DNA from: Auanema rhodensis
Lineage: Eukaryota; Animalia; Nematoda
Direction of reading: 5' to 3'
DNA length: 64,000 nt
Assembly: GCA_964057225.1 (NCBI GenBank)
Contig: OZ059895.1
Span: 18,290,001 to 18,354,000, forward strand
Shown here: positions 51,501 through 64,000 of the stretch, in pieces
How the letters are laid out: the number at the start of each line of letters is the position of its first letter
How positions within the stretch are numbered: position 1 is the stretch's first letter
The notes under the pieces: model-generated
Told to the model about the DNA's origin: nothing
Database searches by the model: none
What the model saw: only the letters and a program-made list of their open reading frames with translations
Translations under genes and position numbers: made by a program

Positions 51501-54500
51501 AAAGATTGGAGGTGAAACCAAGTGCTGTCTACGTTATTTCAGATAGAAAATAATAGAATACTTTCTGTATTATGACGCTTGAAGCATTTTCCAATGTCAT
51601 TATCTTCTACATTTTCAAAACAAAAAGGATTTCTGGAGATATGGGGAATTGAACCCCAGCCCTCTCCCATGCTAAGGGAGCGCTCTACCACTGAGCTATA
51701 TCCCCACACATGTCCGTGTTTCAAGTTCTTTATTCAAACCTACAGTACTTCGAGACTATAAACGAAAGATTGGAGGTGAAACCAAGTGCTGTCTACGTTG
51801 TTTCAAATAGAAATTAATAGAATACTCTCTGTATTATGACGCTTGAAGCATTTTCCAATGTCATTATCTTCTACATTTTCAAAACAAAAAGGATTTCTGG
51901 AGATATGGGGAATTGAACCCCAGCCCTCTCCCATGCTAAGGGAGCGCTCTACCACTGAGCTATATCCCCACACATATCCGTGTCTCAATTTCTTTATTCA
52001 AACCTACAGTACTTCGAGACTATAAACGAAAGATTGGAGGTGAAACCAAGTGCTGTCTACGTTATTTCAAAAAGAAATTAATAGAATACTCTCTGTATTA
52101 TGACGCTTGAAGCATTTTCCAATGTCATTATCTTCTACATTTTCAAAACAAAAAGGATTTCTGGAGATATGGGGAATTGAACCCCAGCCCTCTCCCATGC
52201 TAAGGGAGCGCTCTACCACTGAGCTATATCCCCACACATATCCGTGTCTCAATTTCTTTATTCAAACCTACAGTACTTCGAGACTATAAACGAAAGATTG
52301 GAGGTGAAACCAAGTGCTGTCTACGTTATTTCAAAAAGAAATTAATAGAATACTCTCTGTATTATGACGCTTGAAGCATTTTCCAATGTCATTATCTTCT
52401 ACATTTTCAAAACAAAAAGGATTTCTGGAGATATGGGGAATTGAACCCCAGCCCTCTCCCATGCTAAGGGAGCGCTCTACCACTGAGCTATATCCCCACA
52501 CATGTCCGTGTTTCAAGTTCTTTATTCAAACCTACAGTACTTCGAGACTATAAACGAAAGATTGGAGGTGAAACCAAGTGCTGTCTACGTTATTTCAGAT
52601 AGAAAATAATAGAATACTTTCTGTATTATGACGCTTGAAGCATTTTCCAATGTCATTATCTTCTACATTTTCAAAACAAAAAGGATTTCTGGAGATATGG
52701 GGAATTGAACCCCAGCCCTCTCCCATGCTAAGGGAGCGCTCTACCACTGAGCTATATCCCCACACATGTCCGTGTTTCAAGTTCTTTATTCAAACCTACA
52801 GTACTTCGAGACTATAAACGAAAGATTGGAGGTGAAACCAAGTGCTGTCTACGTTGTTTCAAATAGAAATTAATAGAATACTCTCTGTATTATGACGCTT
52901 GAAGCATTTTCCAATGTCATTATCTTCTACATTTTCAAAACAAAAAGGATTTCTGGAGATATGGGGAATTGAACCCCAGCCCTCTCCCATGCTAAGGGAG
53001 CGCTCTACCACTGAGCTATATCCCCACACATATCCGTGTCTCAATTTCTTTATTCAAACCTACAGTACTTCGAGACTATAAACGAAAGATTGGAGGTGAA
53101 ACCAAGTGCTGTCTACGTTATTTCAAAAAGAAATTAATAGAATACTCTCTGTATTATGACGCTTGAAGCATTTTCCAATGTCATTATCTTCTACATTTTC
53201 AAAACAAAAAGGATTTCTGGAGATATGGGGAATTGAACCCCAGCCCTCTCCCATGCTAAGGGAGCGCTCTACCACTGAGCTATATCCCCACACATATCCG
53301 TGTCTCAATTTCTTTATTCAAACCTACAGTACTTCGAGACTATAAACGAAAGATTGGAGGTGAAACCAAGTGCTGTCTACGTTGTTTCAAATAGAAAATA
53401 ATAGAATAATCTCTGTATTATGACGCTTGAGGCATTTTCCAATGTCATTATCTTCTACATTTTCAAAACAAAAAGGATTTCTGGAGATATGGGGAATTGA
53501 ACCCCAGCCCTCTCCCATGCTAAGGGAGCGCTCTACCACTGAGCTATATCCCCACACATATCCGTGTCTCAATTTCTTTATTCAAACCTACAGTACTTCG
53601 AGACTATAAACGAAAGATTGGAGGTGAAACCAAGTGCTGTCTACGTTGTTTCAAATAGAAATTAATAGAATACTCTCTGTATTATGACGCTTGAAGCATT
53701 TTCCAATGTCATTATCTTCTACATTTTCAAAACAAAAAGGATTTCTGGAGATATGGGGAATTGAACCCCAGCCCTCTCCCATGCTAAGGGAGCGCTCTAC
53801 CACTGAGCTATATCCCCACACATATCCGTGTCTCAATTTCTTTATTCAAACCTACAGTACTTCGAGACTATAAACGAAAGATTGGAGGTGAAACCAAGTG
53901 CTGTCTACGTTATTTCAAAAAGAAATTAATAGAATACTCTCTGTATTATGACGCTTGAAGCATTTTCCAATGTCATTATCTTCTACATTTTCAAAACAAA
54001 AAGGATTTCTGGAGATATGGGGAATTGAACCCCAGCCCTCTCCCATGCTAAGGGAGCGCTCTACCACTGAGCTATATCCCCACACATATCCGTGTCTCAA
54101 TTTCTTTATTCAAACCTACAGTACTTCGAGACTATAAACGAAAGATTGGAGGTGAAACCAAGTGCTGTCTACGTTGTTTCAAATAGAAAATAATAGAATA
54201 ATCTCTGTATTATGACGCTTGAGGCATTTTCCAATGTCATTATCTTCTACATTTTCAAAACAAAAAGGATTTCTGGAGATATGGGGAATTGAACCCCAGC
54301 CCTCTCCCATGCTAAGGGAGCGCTCTACCACTGAGCTATATCCCCACACATATCCGTGTCTCAATTTCTTTATTCAAACCTACAGTACTTCGAGACTATA
54401 AACGAAAGATTGGAGGTGAAACCAAGTGCTGTCTACGTTGTTTCAATTGAAAATCAATGGGATACTCTCTGTATTATGACTCTTAAAGCATTTCTTAATG

Positions 54501-57441
54501 TCATTATCTTCTACATTTTCAAAACAAAAAGGATTTCTGGAGATATGGGGAATTGAACCCCAGCCCTCTCCCATGCTAAGGGAGCGTTCTACCACTGAGC
54601 TATATCCCCACACATGTCCGTGTTTCAAGTTCTTTATTCAAACCTACAGTACTTCGAGACTATAAACGAAAGATTGGACGTGAAAACAAGTGCTGTCTAC
54701 GTTGTTTCAAATAGAAATTAATAGAATACTCTCTGTATTATGACGCTTGAAGCATTTTCCAATGTCATTATCTTCTACATTTTCAAAACAAAAAGGATTT
54801 CTGGAGATATGGGGAATTGAACCCCAGCCCTCTCCCATGCTAAGGGAGCGCTCTACCACTGAGCTATATCCCCACACATATCCGTGTCTCAAGTTCTTTA
54901 TTCAAACCTACAGTACTTCGAGACTATAAACGAAAGATTGGACGTGAAAACAAGTGCTGTCTACGTTGTTTCAAATAGAAATTAATAGAATACTCTCTGT
55001 ATTATGACGCTTGAAGCATTTTCCAATGTCATTATCTTCTACATTTTCAAAACAAAAAGGATTTCTGGAGATATGGGGAATTGAACCCCAGCCCTCTCCC
55101 ATGCTAAGGGAGCGCTCTACCACTGAGCTATATCCCCACACATATCCGTGTCTCAAGTTCTTTATTCAAACCTACAGTACTTCGAGACTATAAACGAAAG
55201 ATTGGACGTGAAACCAAGTGCTGTCTACGTTATTTCAGATAGAAATTAATAGAATACTCTCTGTATTATGACGCTTGAAGCATTTTCCAATGTCATTATC
55301 TTCTACATTTTCAAAACAAAAAGGATTTCTGGAGATATGGGGAATTGAACCCCAGCCCTCTCCCATGCTAAGGGAGCGCTCTACCACTGAGCTATATCCC
55401 CACACATATCCGTGTCTCAAGTTCTTTATTCAAACCTACAGTACTTCGAGACTATAAACGAAAGATTGGACGTGAAACCAAGTGCTGTCTACGTTATTTC
55501 AGATAGAAATTAATAGAATACTCTCTGTATTATGACGCTTGAAGCATTTTCCAATGTCATTATCTTCTACATTTTCAAAACAAAAAGGATTTCTGGAGAT
55601 ATGGGGAATTGAACCCCAGCCCTCTCCCATGCTAAGGGAGCGCTCTACCACTGAGCTATATCCCCACACATATCCGTGTCTCAAGTTCTTTATTCAAACC
55701 TACAGTACTTCGAGACTATAAACGAAAGATTGGACGTGAAACCAAGTGCTGTCTACGTTATTTAAGATAGAAATTAATAGAATACTCTCTGTATTATGAC
55801 GCTTGAAGCATTTTCCAATGTCATTATCTTCTACATTTTCAAAACAAAAAGGATTTCTGGAGATATGGGGAATTGAACCCCAGCCCTCTCCCATGCTAAG
55901 GGAGCGCTCTACCACTGAGCTATATCCCCACACATATCCGTGTCTCAATTTCTTTATTCAAACCTACAGTACTTCGAGACTATAAACGAAAGATTGGAGG
56001 TGAAACCAAGTGCTGTCTACGTTGTTTCAAATAGAAAATAATAGAATAATCTCTGTATTATGACGCTTGAGGCATTTTCCAATGTCATTATCTTCTACAT
56101 TTTCAAAACAAAAAGGATTTCTGGAGATATGGGGAATTGAACCCCAGCCCTCTCCCATGCTAAGGGAGCGCTCTACCACTGAGCTATATCCCCACACATA
56201 TCCGTGTCTCAATTTCTTTATTCAAACCTACAGTACTTCGAGACTATAAACGAAAGATTGGAGGTGAAACCAAGTGCTGTCTACGTTGTTTCAATTGAAA
56301 ATCAATGGGATACTCTCTGTATTATGACTCTTAAAGCATTTCTTAATGTCATTATCTTCTACATTTTCAAAACAAAAAGGATTTCTGGAGATATGGGGAA
56401 TTGAACCCCAGCCCTCTCCCATGCTAAGGGAGCGCTCTACCACTGAGCTATATCCCCACACATATCCGTGTCTCAATTTCTTTATTCAAACCTACAGTAC
56501 TTCGAGACTATAAACGAAAGATTGGAGGTGAAACCAAGTGCTGTCTACGTTGTTTCAAATAGAAAATAATAGAATAATCTCTGTATTATGACGCTTGAGG
56601 CATTTTCCAATGTCATTATCTTCTACATTTTCAAAACAAAAAGGATTTCTGGAGATATGGGGAATTGAACCCCAGCCCTCTCCCATGCTAAGGGAGCGCT
56701 CTACCACTGAGCTATATCCCCACACATATCCGTGTCTCAATTTCTTTATTCAAACCTACAGTACTTCGAGACTATAAACGAAAGATTGGAGGTGAAACCA
56801 AGTGCTGTCTACGTTGTTTCAATTGAAAATCAATGGGATACTCTCTGTATTATGACTCTTAAAGCATTTCTTAATGTCATTATCTTCTACATTTTCAAAA
56901 CAAAAAGGATTTCTGGAGATATGGGGAATTGAACCCCAGCCCTCTCCCATGCTAAGGGAGCGCTCTACCACTGAGCTATATCCCCACACATGTCCGTGTT
57001 TCAAGTTCTTTATTCAAACCTACAGTACTTCGAGACTATAAACGAAAGATTGGACGTGAAAACAAGTGCTGTCTACGTTGTTTCAAATAGAAAATAATAG
57101 AATAATCTCTGTATTATGACGCTTGAGGCATTTTCCAATGTCATTATCTTCTACATTTTCAAAACAAAAAGGATTTCTGGAGATATGGGGAATTGAACCC
57201 CAGCCCTCTCCCATGCTAAGGGAGCGCTCTACCACTGAGCTATATCCCCACACATATCCGTGTCTCAATTTCTTTATTCAAACCTACAGTACTTCGAGAC
57301 TATAAACGAAAGATTGGAGGTGAAACCAAGTGCTGTCTACGTTGTTTCAAATAGAAAATAATAGAATACTCTCTGTATTATGACGCTTGAGGCATTTTCC
57401 AATGTCATTATCTTCTACATTTTCAAAACAAAAAGGATTTC

Positions 57442-57512
57442 TGGAGATATGGGGAATTGAACCCCAGCCCTCTCCCATGCTAAGGGAGCGCTCTACCACT
57501 AGCTATATCCCC
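57442..57512 (-). pseudogene. tRNA-Ala(AGC) copy with a 1-nt D-stem/A-box deletion
   Basis: ccactagcta versus ccactgagcta; shifts the array register by 1 bp. Could be a sequencing error. Confidence 0.55.
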
Positions 57513-60500
57513 ACACATATCCGTGTCTCAATTTCTTTATTCAAACCTACAGTACTTCGAGACTATAAACGAAAGATTGGAGGTGAAACTAAGTGCTGTC
57601 TACGTTGTTTCAATTGAAAATCAATGGGATACTCTCTGTATTATGACTCTTAAAGCATTGCTTAATGTCATTATCTTCTACATTTTCAAAACAAAAAGGA
57701 TTTCTGGAGATATGGGGAATTGAACCCCAGCCCTCTCCCATGCTAAGGGAGCGCTCTACCACTGAGCTATATCCCCACACATGTCCGTGTTTCAAGTTCT
57801 TTATTCAAACCTACAGTACTTCGAGACTATAAACGAAAGATTGGACGTGAAAACAAGTGCTGTCTACGTTGTTTCAAATAGAAATTAATAGAATACTCTC
57901 TGTATTATGACGCTTGAAGCATTTTCCAATGTCATTATCTTCTACATTTTCAAAACAAAAAGGATTTCTGGAGATATGGGGAATTGAACCCCAGCCCTCT
58001 CCCATGCTAAGGGAGCGCTCTACCACTGAGCTATATCCCCACACATATCCGTGTCTCAATTTCTTTATTCAAACCTACAGTACTTCGAGACTATAAACGA
58101 AAGATTGGAGGTGAAAACAAGTGCTGTCTACGTTATTTCGGATAGAAAATAATAGAATAATCTCTGTATTATGACGCTTGAGGCATTTTCCAATGTCATT
58201 ATCTTCTACATTTTCAAAACAAAAAGGATTTCTGGAGATATGGGGAATTGAACCCCAGCCCTCTCCCATGCTAAGGGAGCGCTCTACCACTGAGCTATAT
58301 CCCCACACATATCCGTGTCTCAATTTCTTTATTCAAACCTACAGTACTTCGAGACTATAAACGAAAGATTGGAGGTGAAACCAAGTGCTGTCTACGTTGT
58401 TTCAATTGAAAATCAATGGGATAATCTCTGTATTATGACTCTTAAAGCATTTCTTAATGTCATTATCTTCTACATTTTCAAAACAAAAAGGATTTCTGGA
58501 GATATGGGGAATTGAACCCCAGCCCTCTCCCATGCTAAGGGAGCGCTCTACCACTGAGCTATATCCCCACACATGTCCGTGTTTCAAGTTCTTTATTCAA
58601 ACCTACAGTACTTCGAGACTATAAACGAAAGATTGGACGTGAAAACAAGTGCTGTCTACGTTGTTTCAAATAGAAATTAATAGAATACTCTCTGTATTAT
58701 GACGCTTGAAGCATTTTCCAATGTCATTATCTTCTACATTTTCAAAACAAAAAGGATTTCTGGAGATATGGGGAATTGAACCCCAGCCCTCTCCCATGCT
58801 AAGGGAGCGCTCTACCACTGAGCTATATCCCCACACATATCCGTGTCTCAAGTTCTTTATTCAAACCTACAGTACTTCGAGACTATAAACGAAAGATTGG
58901 ACGTGAAAACAAGTGCTGTCTACGTTGTTTCAAATAGAAATTAATAGAATACTCTCTGTATTATGACGCTTGAAGCATTTTCCAATGTCATTATCTTCTA
59001 CATTTTCAAAACAAAAAGGATTTCTGGAGATATGGGGAATTGAACCCCAGCCCTCTCCCATGCTAAGGGAGCGCTCTACCACTGAGCTATATCCCCACAC
59101 ATATCCGTGTCTCAAGTTCTTTATTCAAACCTACAGTACTTCGAGACTATAAACGAAAGATTGGAGGTGAAACCAAGTGCTGTCTACGTTATTTCAGATA
59201 GAAATTAATAGAATACTCTTTGTATTATGACGCTTGAAGCATTTTCCAATGTCATTATCTTCTACATTTTCAAAACAAAAAGGATTTCTGGAGATATGGG
59301 GAATTGAACCCCAGCCCTCTCCCATGCTAAGGGAGCGCTCTACCACTGAGCTATATCCCCACACATATCCGTGTCTCAATTTCTTTATTCAAACCTACAG
59401 TACTTCGAGACTATAAACGAAAGATTGGAGGTGAAACCAAGTGCTGTCTACGTTGTTTCAAATAGAAAATAATAGAATAATCTCTGTATTATGACGCTTG
59501 AGGCATTTTCCAATGTCATTATCTTCTACATTTTCAAAACAAAAAGGATTTCTGGAGATATGGGGAATTGAACCCCAGCCCTCTCCCATGCTAAGGGAGC
59601 GCTCTACCACTGAGCTATATCCCCACACATATCCGTGTCTCAATTTCTTTATTCAAACCTACAGTACTTCGAGACTATAAACGAAAGATTGGAGGTGAAA
59701 CCAAGTGCTGTCTACGTTGTTTCAAATAGAAAATAATAGAATAATCTCTGTATTATGACGCTTGAGGCATTTTCCAATGTCATTATCTTCTACATTTTCA
59801 AAACAAAAAGGATTTCTGGAGATATGGGGAATTGAACCCCAGCCCTCTCCCATGCTAAGGGAGCGCTCTACCACTGAGCTATATCCCCACACATATCCGT
59901 GTCTCAATTTCTTTATTCAAACCTACAGTACTTCGAGACTATAAACGAAAGATTGGAGGTGAAACCAAGTGCTGTCTACGTTGTTTCAATTGAAAATCAA
60001 TGGGATACTCTCTGTATTATGACTCTTAAAGCATTTCTTAATGTCATTATCTTCTACATTTTCAAAACAAAAAGGATTTCTGGAGATATCGGGAATTGAA
60101 CCCCAGCCCTCTCCCATGCTAAGGGAGCGCTCTACCACTGAGCTATATCCCCACACATATCCGTGTCTCAATTTCTTTATTCAAACCTACAGTACTTCGA
60201 GACTATAAACGAAAGATTGGAGGTGAAACCAAGTGCTGTCTACGTTGTTTCAATTGAAAATCAATGGGATACTCTCTGTATTATGACTCTTAAAGCATTT
60301 CTTAATGTCATTATCTTCTACATTTTCAAAACAAAAAGGATTTCTGGAGATATGGGGAATTGAACCCCAGCCCTCTCCCATGCTAAGGGAGCGCTCTACC
60401 ACTGAGCTATATCCCCACACATGTCCGTGTTTCAAGTTCTTTATTCAAACCTACAGTACTTCGAGACTATAAACGAAAGATTGGACGTGAAAACAAGTGC

Positions 60501-63500
60501 TGTCTACGTTATTTCAGATAGAAATTAATAGAATACTCTCTGTATTATGACGCTTGAAGCATTTTCCAATGTCATTATCTTCTACATTTTCAAAACAAAA
60601 AGGATTTCTGGAGATATGGGGAATTGAACCCCAGCCCTCTCCCATGCTAAGGGAGCGCTCTACCACTGAGCTATATCCCCACACATGTCCGTGTTTCAAG
60701 TTCTTTATTCAAACCTACAGTACTTCGAGACTATAAACGAAAGATTGGAGGTGAAACCAAGTGCTGTCTACGTTGTTTCAAATAGAAATTAATAGAATAC
60801 TCTCTGTATTATGACGCTTGAAGCATTTTCCAATGTCATTATCTTCTACATTTTCAAAACAAAAAGGATTTCTGGAGATATGGGGAATTGAACCCCAGCC
60901 CTCTCCCATGCTAAGGGAGCGCTCTACCACTGAGCTATATCCCCACACATGTCCGTGTTTCAAGTTCTTTATTCAAATCTACAGTACTTCGAGACTATAA
61001 ACGAAAGATTGGAGGTGAAACCAAGTGCTGTCTACGTTGTTTCAAATAGAAATTAATAGAATACTCTCTGTATTATGACGCTTGAAGCATTTTCCAATGT
61101 CATTATCTTCTACATTTTCAAAACAAAAAGGATTTCTGGAGATATGGGGAATTGAACCCCAGCCCTCTCCCATGCTAAGGGAGCGCTCTACCACTGAGCT
61201 ATATCCCCACACATATCCGTGTCTCAATTTCTTTATTCAAACCTACAGTACTTCGAGACTATAAACGAAAGATTGGAGGTGAAACCAAGTGCTGTCTACG
61301 TTATTTCAAAAAGAAATTAATAGAATACTCTCTGTATTATGACGCTTGAAGCATTTTCCAATGTCATCATCTTCTACATTTTCAAAACAAAAAGGATTTC
61401 TGGAGATATGGGGAATTGAACCCCAGCCCTCTCCCATGCTAAGGGAGCGCTCTACCACTGAGCTATATCCCCACACATATCCGTGTCTCAATTTCTTTAT
61501 TCAAACCTACAGTACTTCGAGACTATAAACGAAAGATTGGAGGTGAAACCAAGTGCTGTCTACGTTATTTCAAAAAGAAATTAATAGAATACTCTCTGTA
61601 TTATGACGCTTGAAGCATTTTCCAATGTCATTATCTTCTACATTTTCAAAACAAAAAGGATTTCTGGAGATATGGGGAATTGAACCCCAGCCCTCTCCCA
61701 TGCTAAGGGAGCGCTCTACCACTGAGCTATATCCCCACACATGTCCGTGTTTCAAGTTCTTTATTCAAACCTACAGTACTTCGAGACTATAAACGAAAGA
61801 TTGGAGGTGAAACCAAGTGCTGTCTACGTTATTTCAAAAAGAAATTAATAGAATACTCTCTGTATTATGACGCTTGAAGCATTTTCCAATGTCATTATCT
61901 TCTACATTTTCAAAACAAAAAGGATTTCTGGAGATATGGGGAATTGAACCCCAGCCCTCTCCCATGCTAAGGGAGCGCTCTACCACTGAGCTATATCCCC
62001 ACACATATCCGTGTCTCAATTTCTTTATTCAAACCTACAGTACTTCGAGACTATAAACGAAAGATTGGAGGTGAAACCAAGTGCTGTCTACGTTGTTTCA
62101 AATAGAAAATAATAGAATAATCTCTGTATTATGACGCTTGAGGCATTTTCCAATGTCATTATCTTCTACATTTTCAAAACAAAAAGGATTTCTGGAGATA
62201 TGGGGAATTGAACCCCAGCCCTCTCCCATGCTAAGGGAGCGCTCTACCACTGAGCTATATCCCCACACATATCCGTGTCTCAATTTCTTTATTCAAACCT
62301 ACAGTACTTCGAGACTATAAACGAAAGATTGGAGGTGAAACCAAGTGCTGTCTACGTTGTTTCAATTGAAAATCAATGGGATACTCTCTGTATTATGACT
62401 CTTAAAGCATTTCTTAATGTCATTATCTTCTACATTTTCAAAACAAAAAGGATTTCTGGAGATATGGGGAATTGAACCCCAGCCCTCTCCCATGCTAAGG
62501 GAGCGTTCTACCACTGAGCTATATCCCCACACATGTCCGTGTTTCAAGTTCTTTATTCAAACCTACAGTACTTCGAGACTATAAACGAAAGATTGGACGT
62601 GAAAACAAGTGCTGTCTACGTTGTTTCAAATAGAAATTAATAGAATACTCTCTGTATTATGACGCTTGAAGCATTTTCCAATGTCATTATCTTCTACATT
62701 TTCAAAACAAAAAGGATTTCTGGAGATATGGGGAATTGAACCCCAGCCCTCTCCCATGCTAAGGGAGCGCTCTACCACTGAGCTATATCCCCACATATAT
62801 CCGTGTCTCAAGTTCTTTATTCAAACCTACAGTACTTCGAGACTATAAACGAAAGATTGGACGTGAAAACAAGTGCTGTCTACGTTGTTTCAAATAGAAA
62901 TTAATAGAATACTCTCTGTATTATGACGCTTGAAGCATTTTCCAATGTCATTATCTTCTACATTTTCAAAACAAAAAGGATTTCTGGAGATATGGGGAAT
63001 TGAACCCCAGCCCTCTCCCATGCTAAGGGAGCGCTCTACCACTGAGCTATATCCCCACACATATCCGTATCTCAAGTTCTTTATTCAAACCTACAGTACT
63101 TCGAGACTATAAACGAAAGATTGGACGTGAAACCAAGTACTGTCTACGTTGTTTCAAATAGAAAATAATAGAATAATCTCTGTATTATGACGCTTGAGGC
63201 ATTTTCCAATGTCATTATCTTCTACATTTTCAAAACAAAAAGGATTTCTGGAGATATGGGGAATTGAACCCCAGCCCTCTCCCATGCTAAGGGAGCGCTC
63301 TACCACTGAGCTATATCCCCACACATATCCGTGTTTCAAGTTCTTTATTCAAACCTACAGTACTTCGAGACTATAAACGAAAGATTGGAGGTGAAACCAA
63401 GTGCTGTCTACGTTGTTTCAAATAGAAATTAATAGAATACTCTCAGTATTATGACGCTTGAAGCATTTTCCAATGTCATTATCTTCTACATTTTCAAAAC

Positions 63501-63776
63501 AAAAAGGATTTCTGGAGATATGGGGAATTGAACCCCAGCACTCTCCCATGCTAAGGGATCGCTCTACCACTGAGCTATATCCCCACACATATCCGTGTTT
63601 CAAGTTCTTTATTCAAACCTACAGTACTTCGAGACTATAAACGAAAGATTGGAGGTGAAACCAAGTGCTGTCTACGTTGTTTCAAATAGAAATTAATAGA
63701 ATACTCTCAGTATTATGACGCTTGAAGCATTTTCCAATGTCATTATCTTCTACATTTTCAAAACAAAAAGGATTTC

Positions 63777-63848
63777 TGGAGATATGGGGAATTGAACCCC
63801 AGCCCTCTCCCATGCTAAGGGAGCGCTCTACCACTGAGCTATATCCCC
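63777..63848 (-). tRNA. tRNA-Ala(AGC), last complete copy in the window
   Basis: Canonical sequence. Confidence 0.95.
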
Positions 63849-64000
63849 ACACATGTCCGTGTTTCAAGTTCTTTATTCAAATCTACAGTACTTCGAGACT
63901 ATAAACGAAAGATTGGAGGTGAAACCAAGTGCTGTCTACGTTGTTTCAAATAGAAATTAATAGAATACTCTCTGTATTATGACGCTTGAAGCATTTTCCA

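Larger units (their letters stand above)
9399..64000 (-). repeat. tRNA-Ala tandem array, block 2: 207 tRNA copies, running off the window end
   Basis: tRNA 3' ends at 9480, 9701, 9965, 10186, then every 264 bp (1-bp shift near 57501) to 63777. About 42 copies are CGC, the last at 28930-29001. The 132 copies from 29194 on are all AGC. Confidence 0.97.

Noticed and set aside
543-63904. Hundreds of repeated 60-82 aa ORFs (MKHF..., MKHV/GHVWGYSS..., MYVFQ...)
   Set aside because: They are translations across the tRNA gene. Most start at TTG or GTG. They persist because the unit is conserved and 264 is divisible by 3, and they carry no protein motif.
614-64000. CRISPR array
   Set aside because: There are no unique spacers and no cas genes; the whole 264-bp unit repeats.
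614-64000. tRNA-derived SINE array
   Set aside because: The cloverleaf is complete and followed at once by a T-run terminator. There is no SINE body, tail or per-unit TSD.

Overview
This is eukaryotic DNA, probably from a nematode (inferred from the tRNA-Ala body sequence). About 93% of the window is a head-to-tail 264-bp tandem array. Each unit carries one intronless 72-nt tRNA-Ala gene on the minus strand, with G3:U70, A73, A/B boxes and an oligo-dT Pol III terminator. By spacing I count 227 copies: about 176 with anticodon AGC and about 51 with CGC on the same body. All CGC copies lie left of 29001. The array is interrupted about 70 bp upstream of a tRNA gene by a 3630-bp minus-strand Ty3/gypsy-like LTR element (5769-9398). 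It has a 4-bp TSD (AGGT), TG...CG termini, a tRNA-Gln PBS and an uninterrupted 590-aa ORF (capsid-like Gag ending in a signal-peptide/env-like start). It has no pol and no clear PPT. Its two LTRs are not copies of each other: they share only termini, TATA/polyA motifs and covarying hairpins. A second copy of the element's 5' end at 1-613 is part of an 8785-bp higher-order duplication. The hundreds of 60-68 aa ORFs are artefacts of the repeat.
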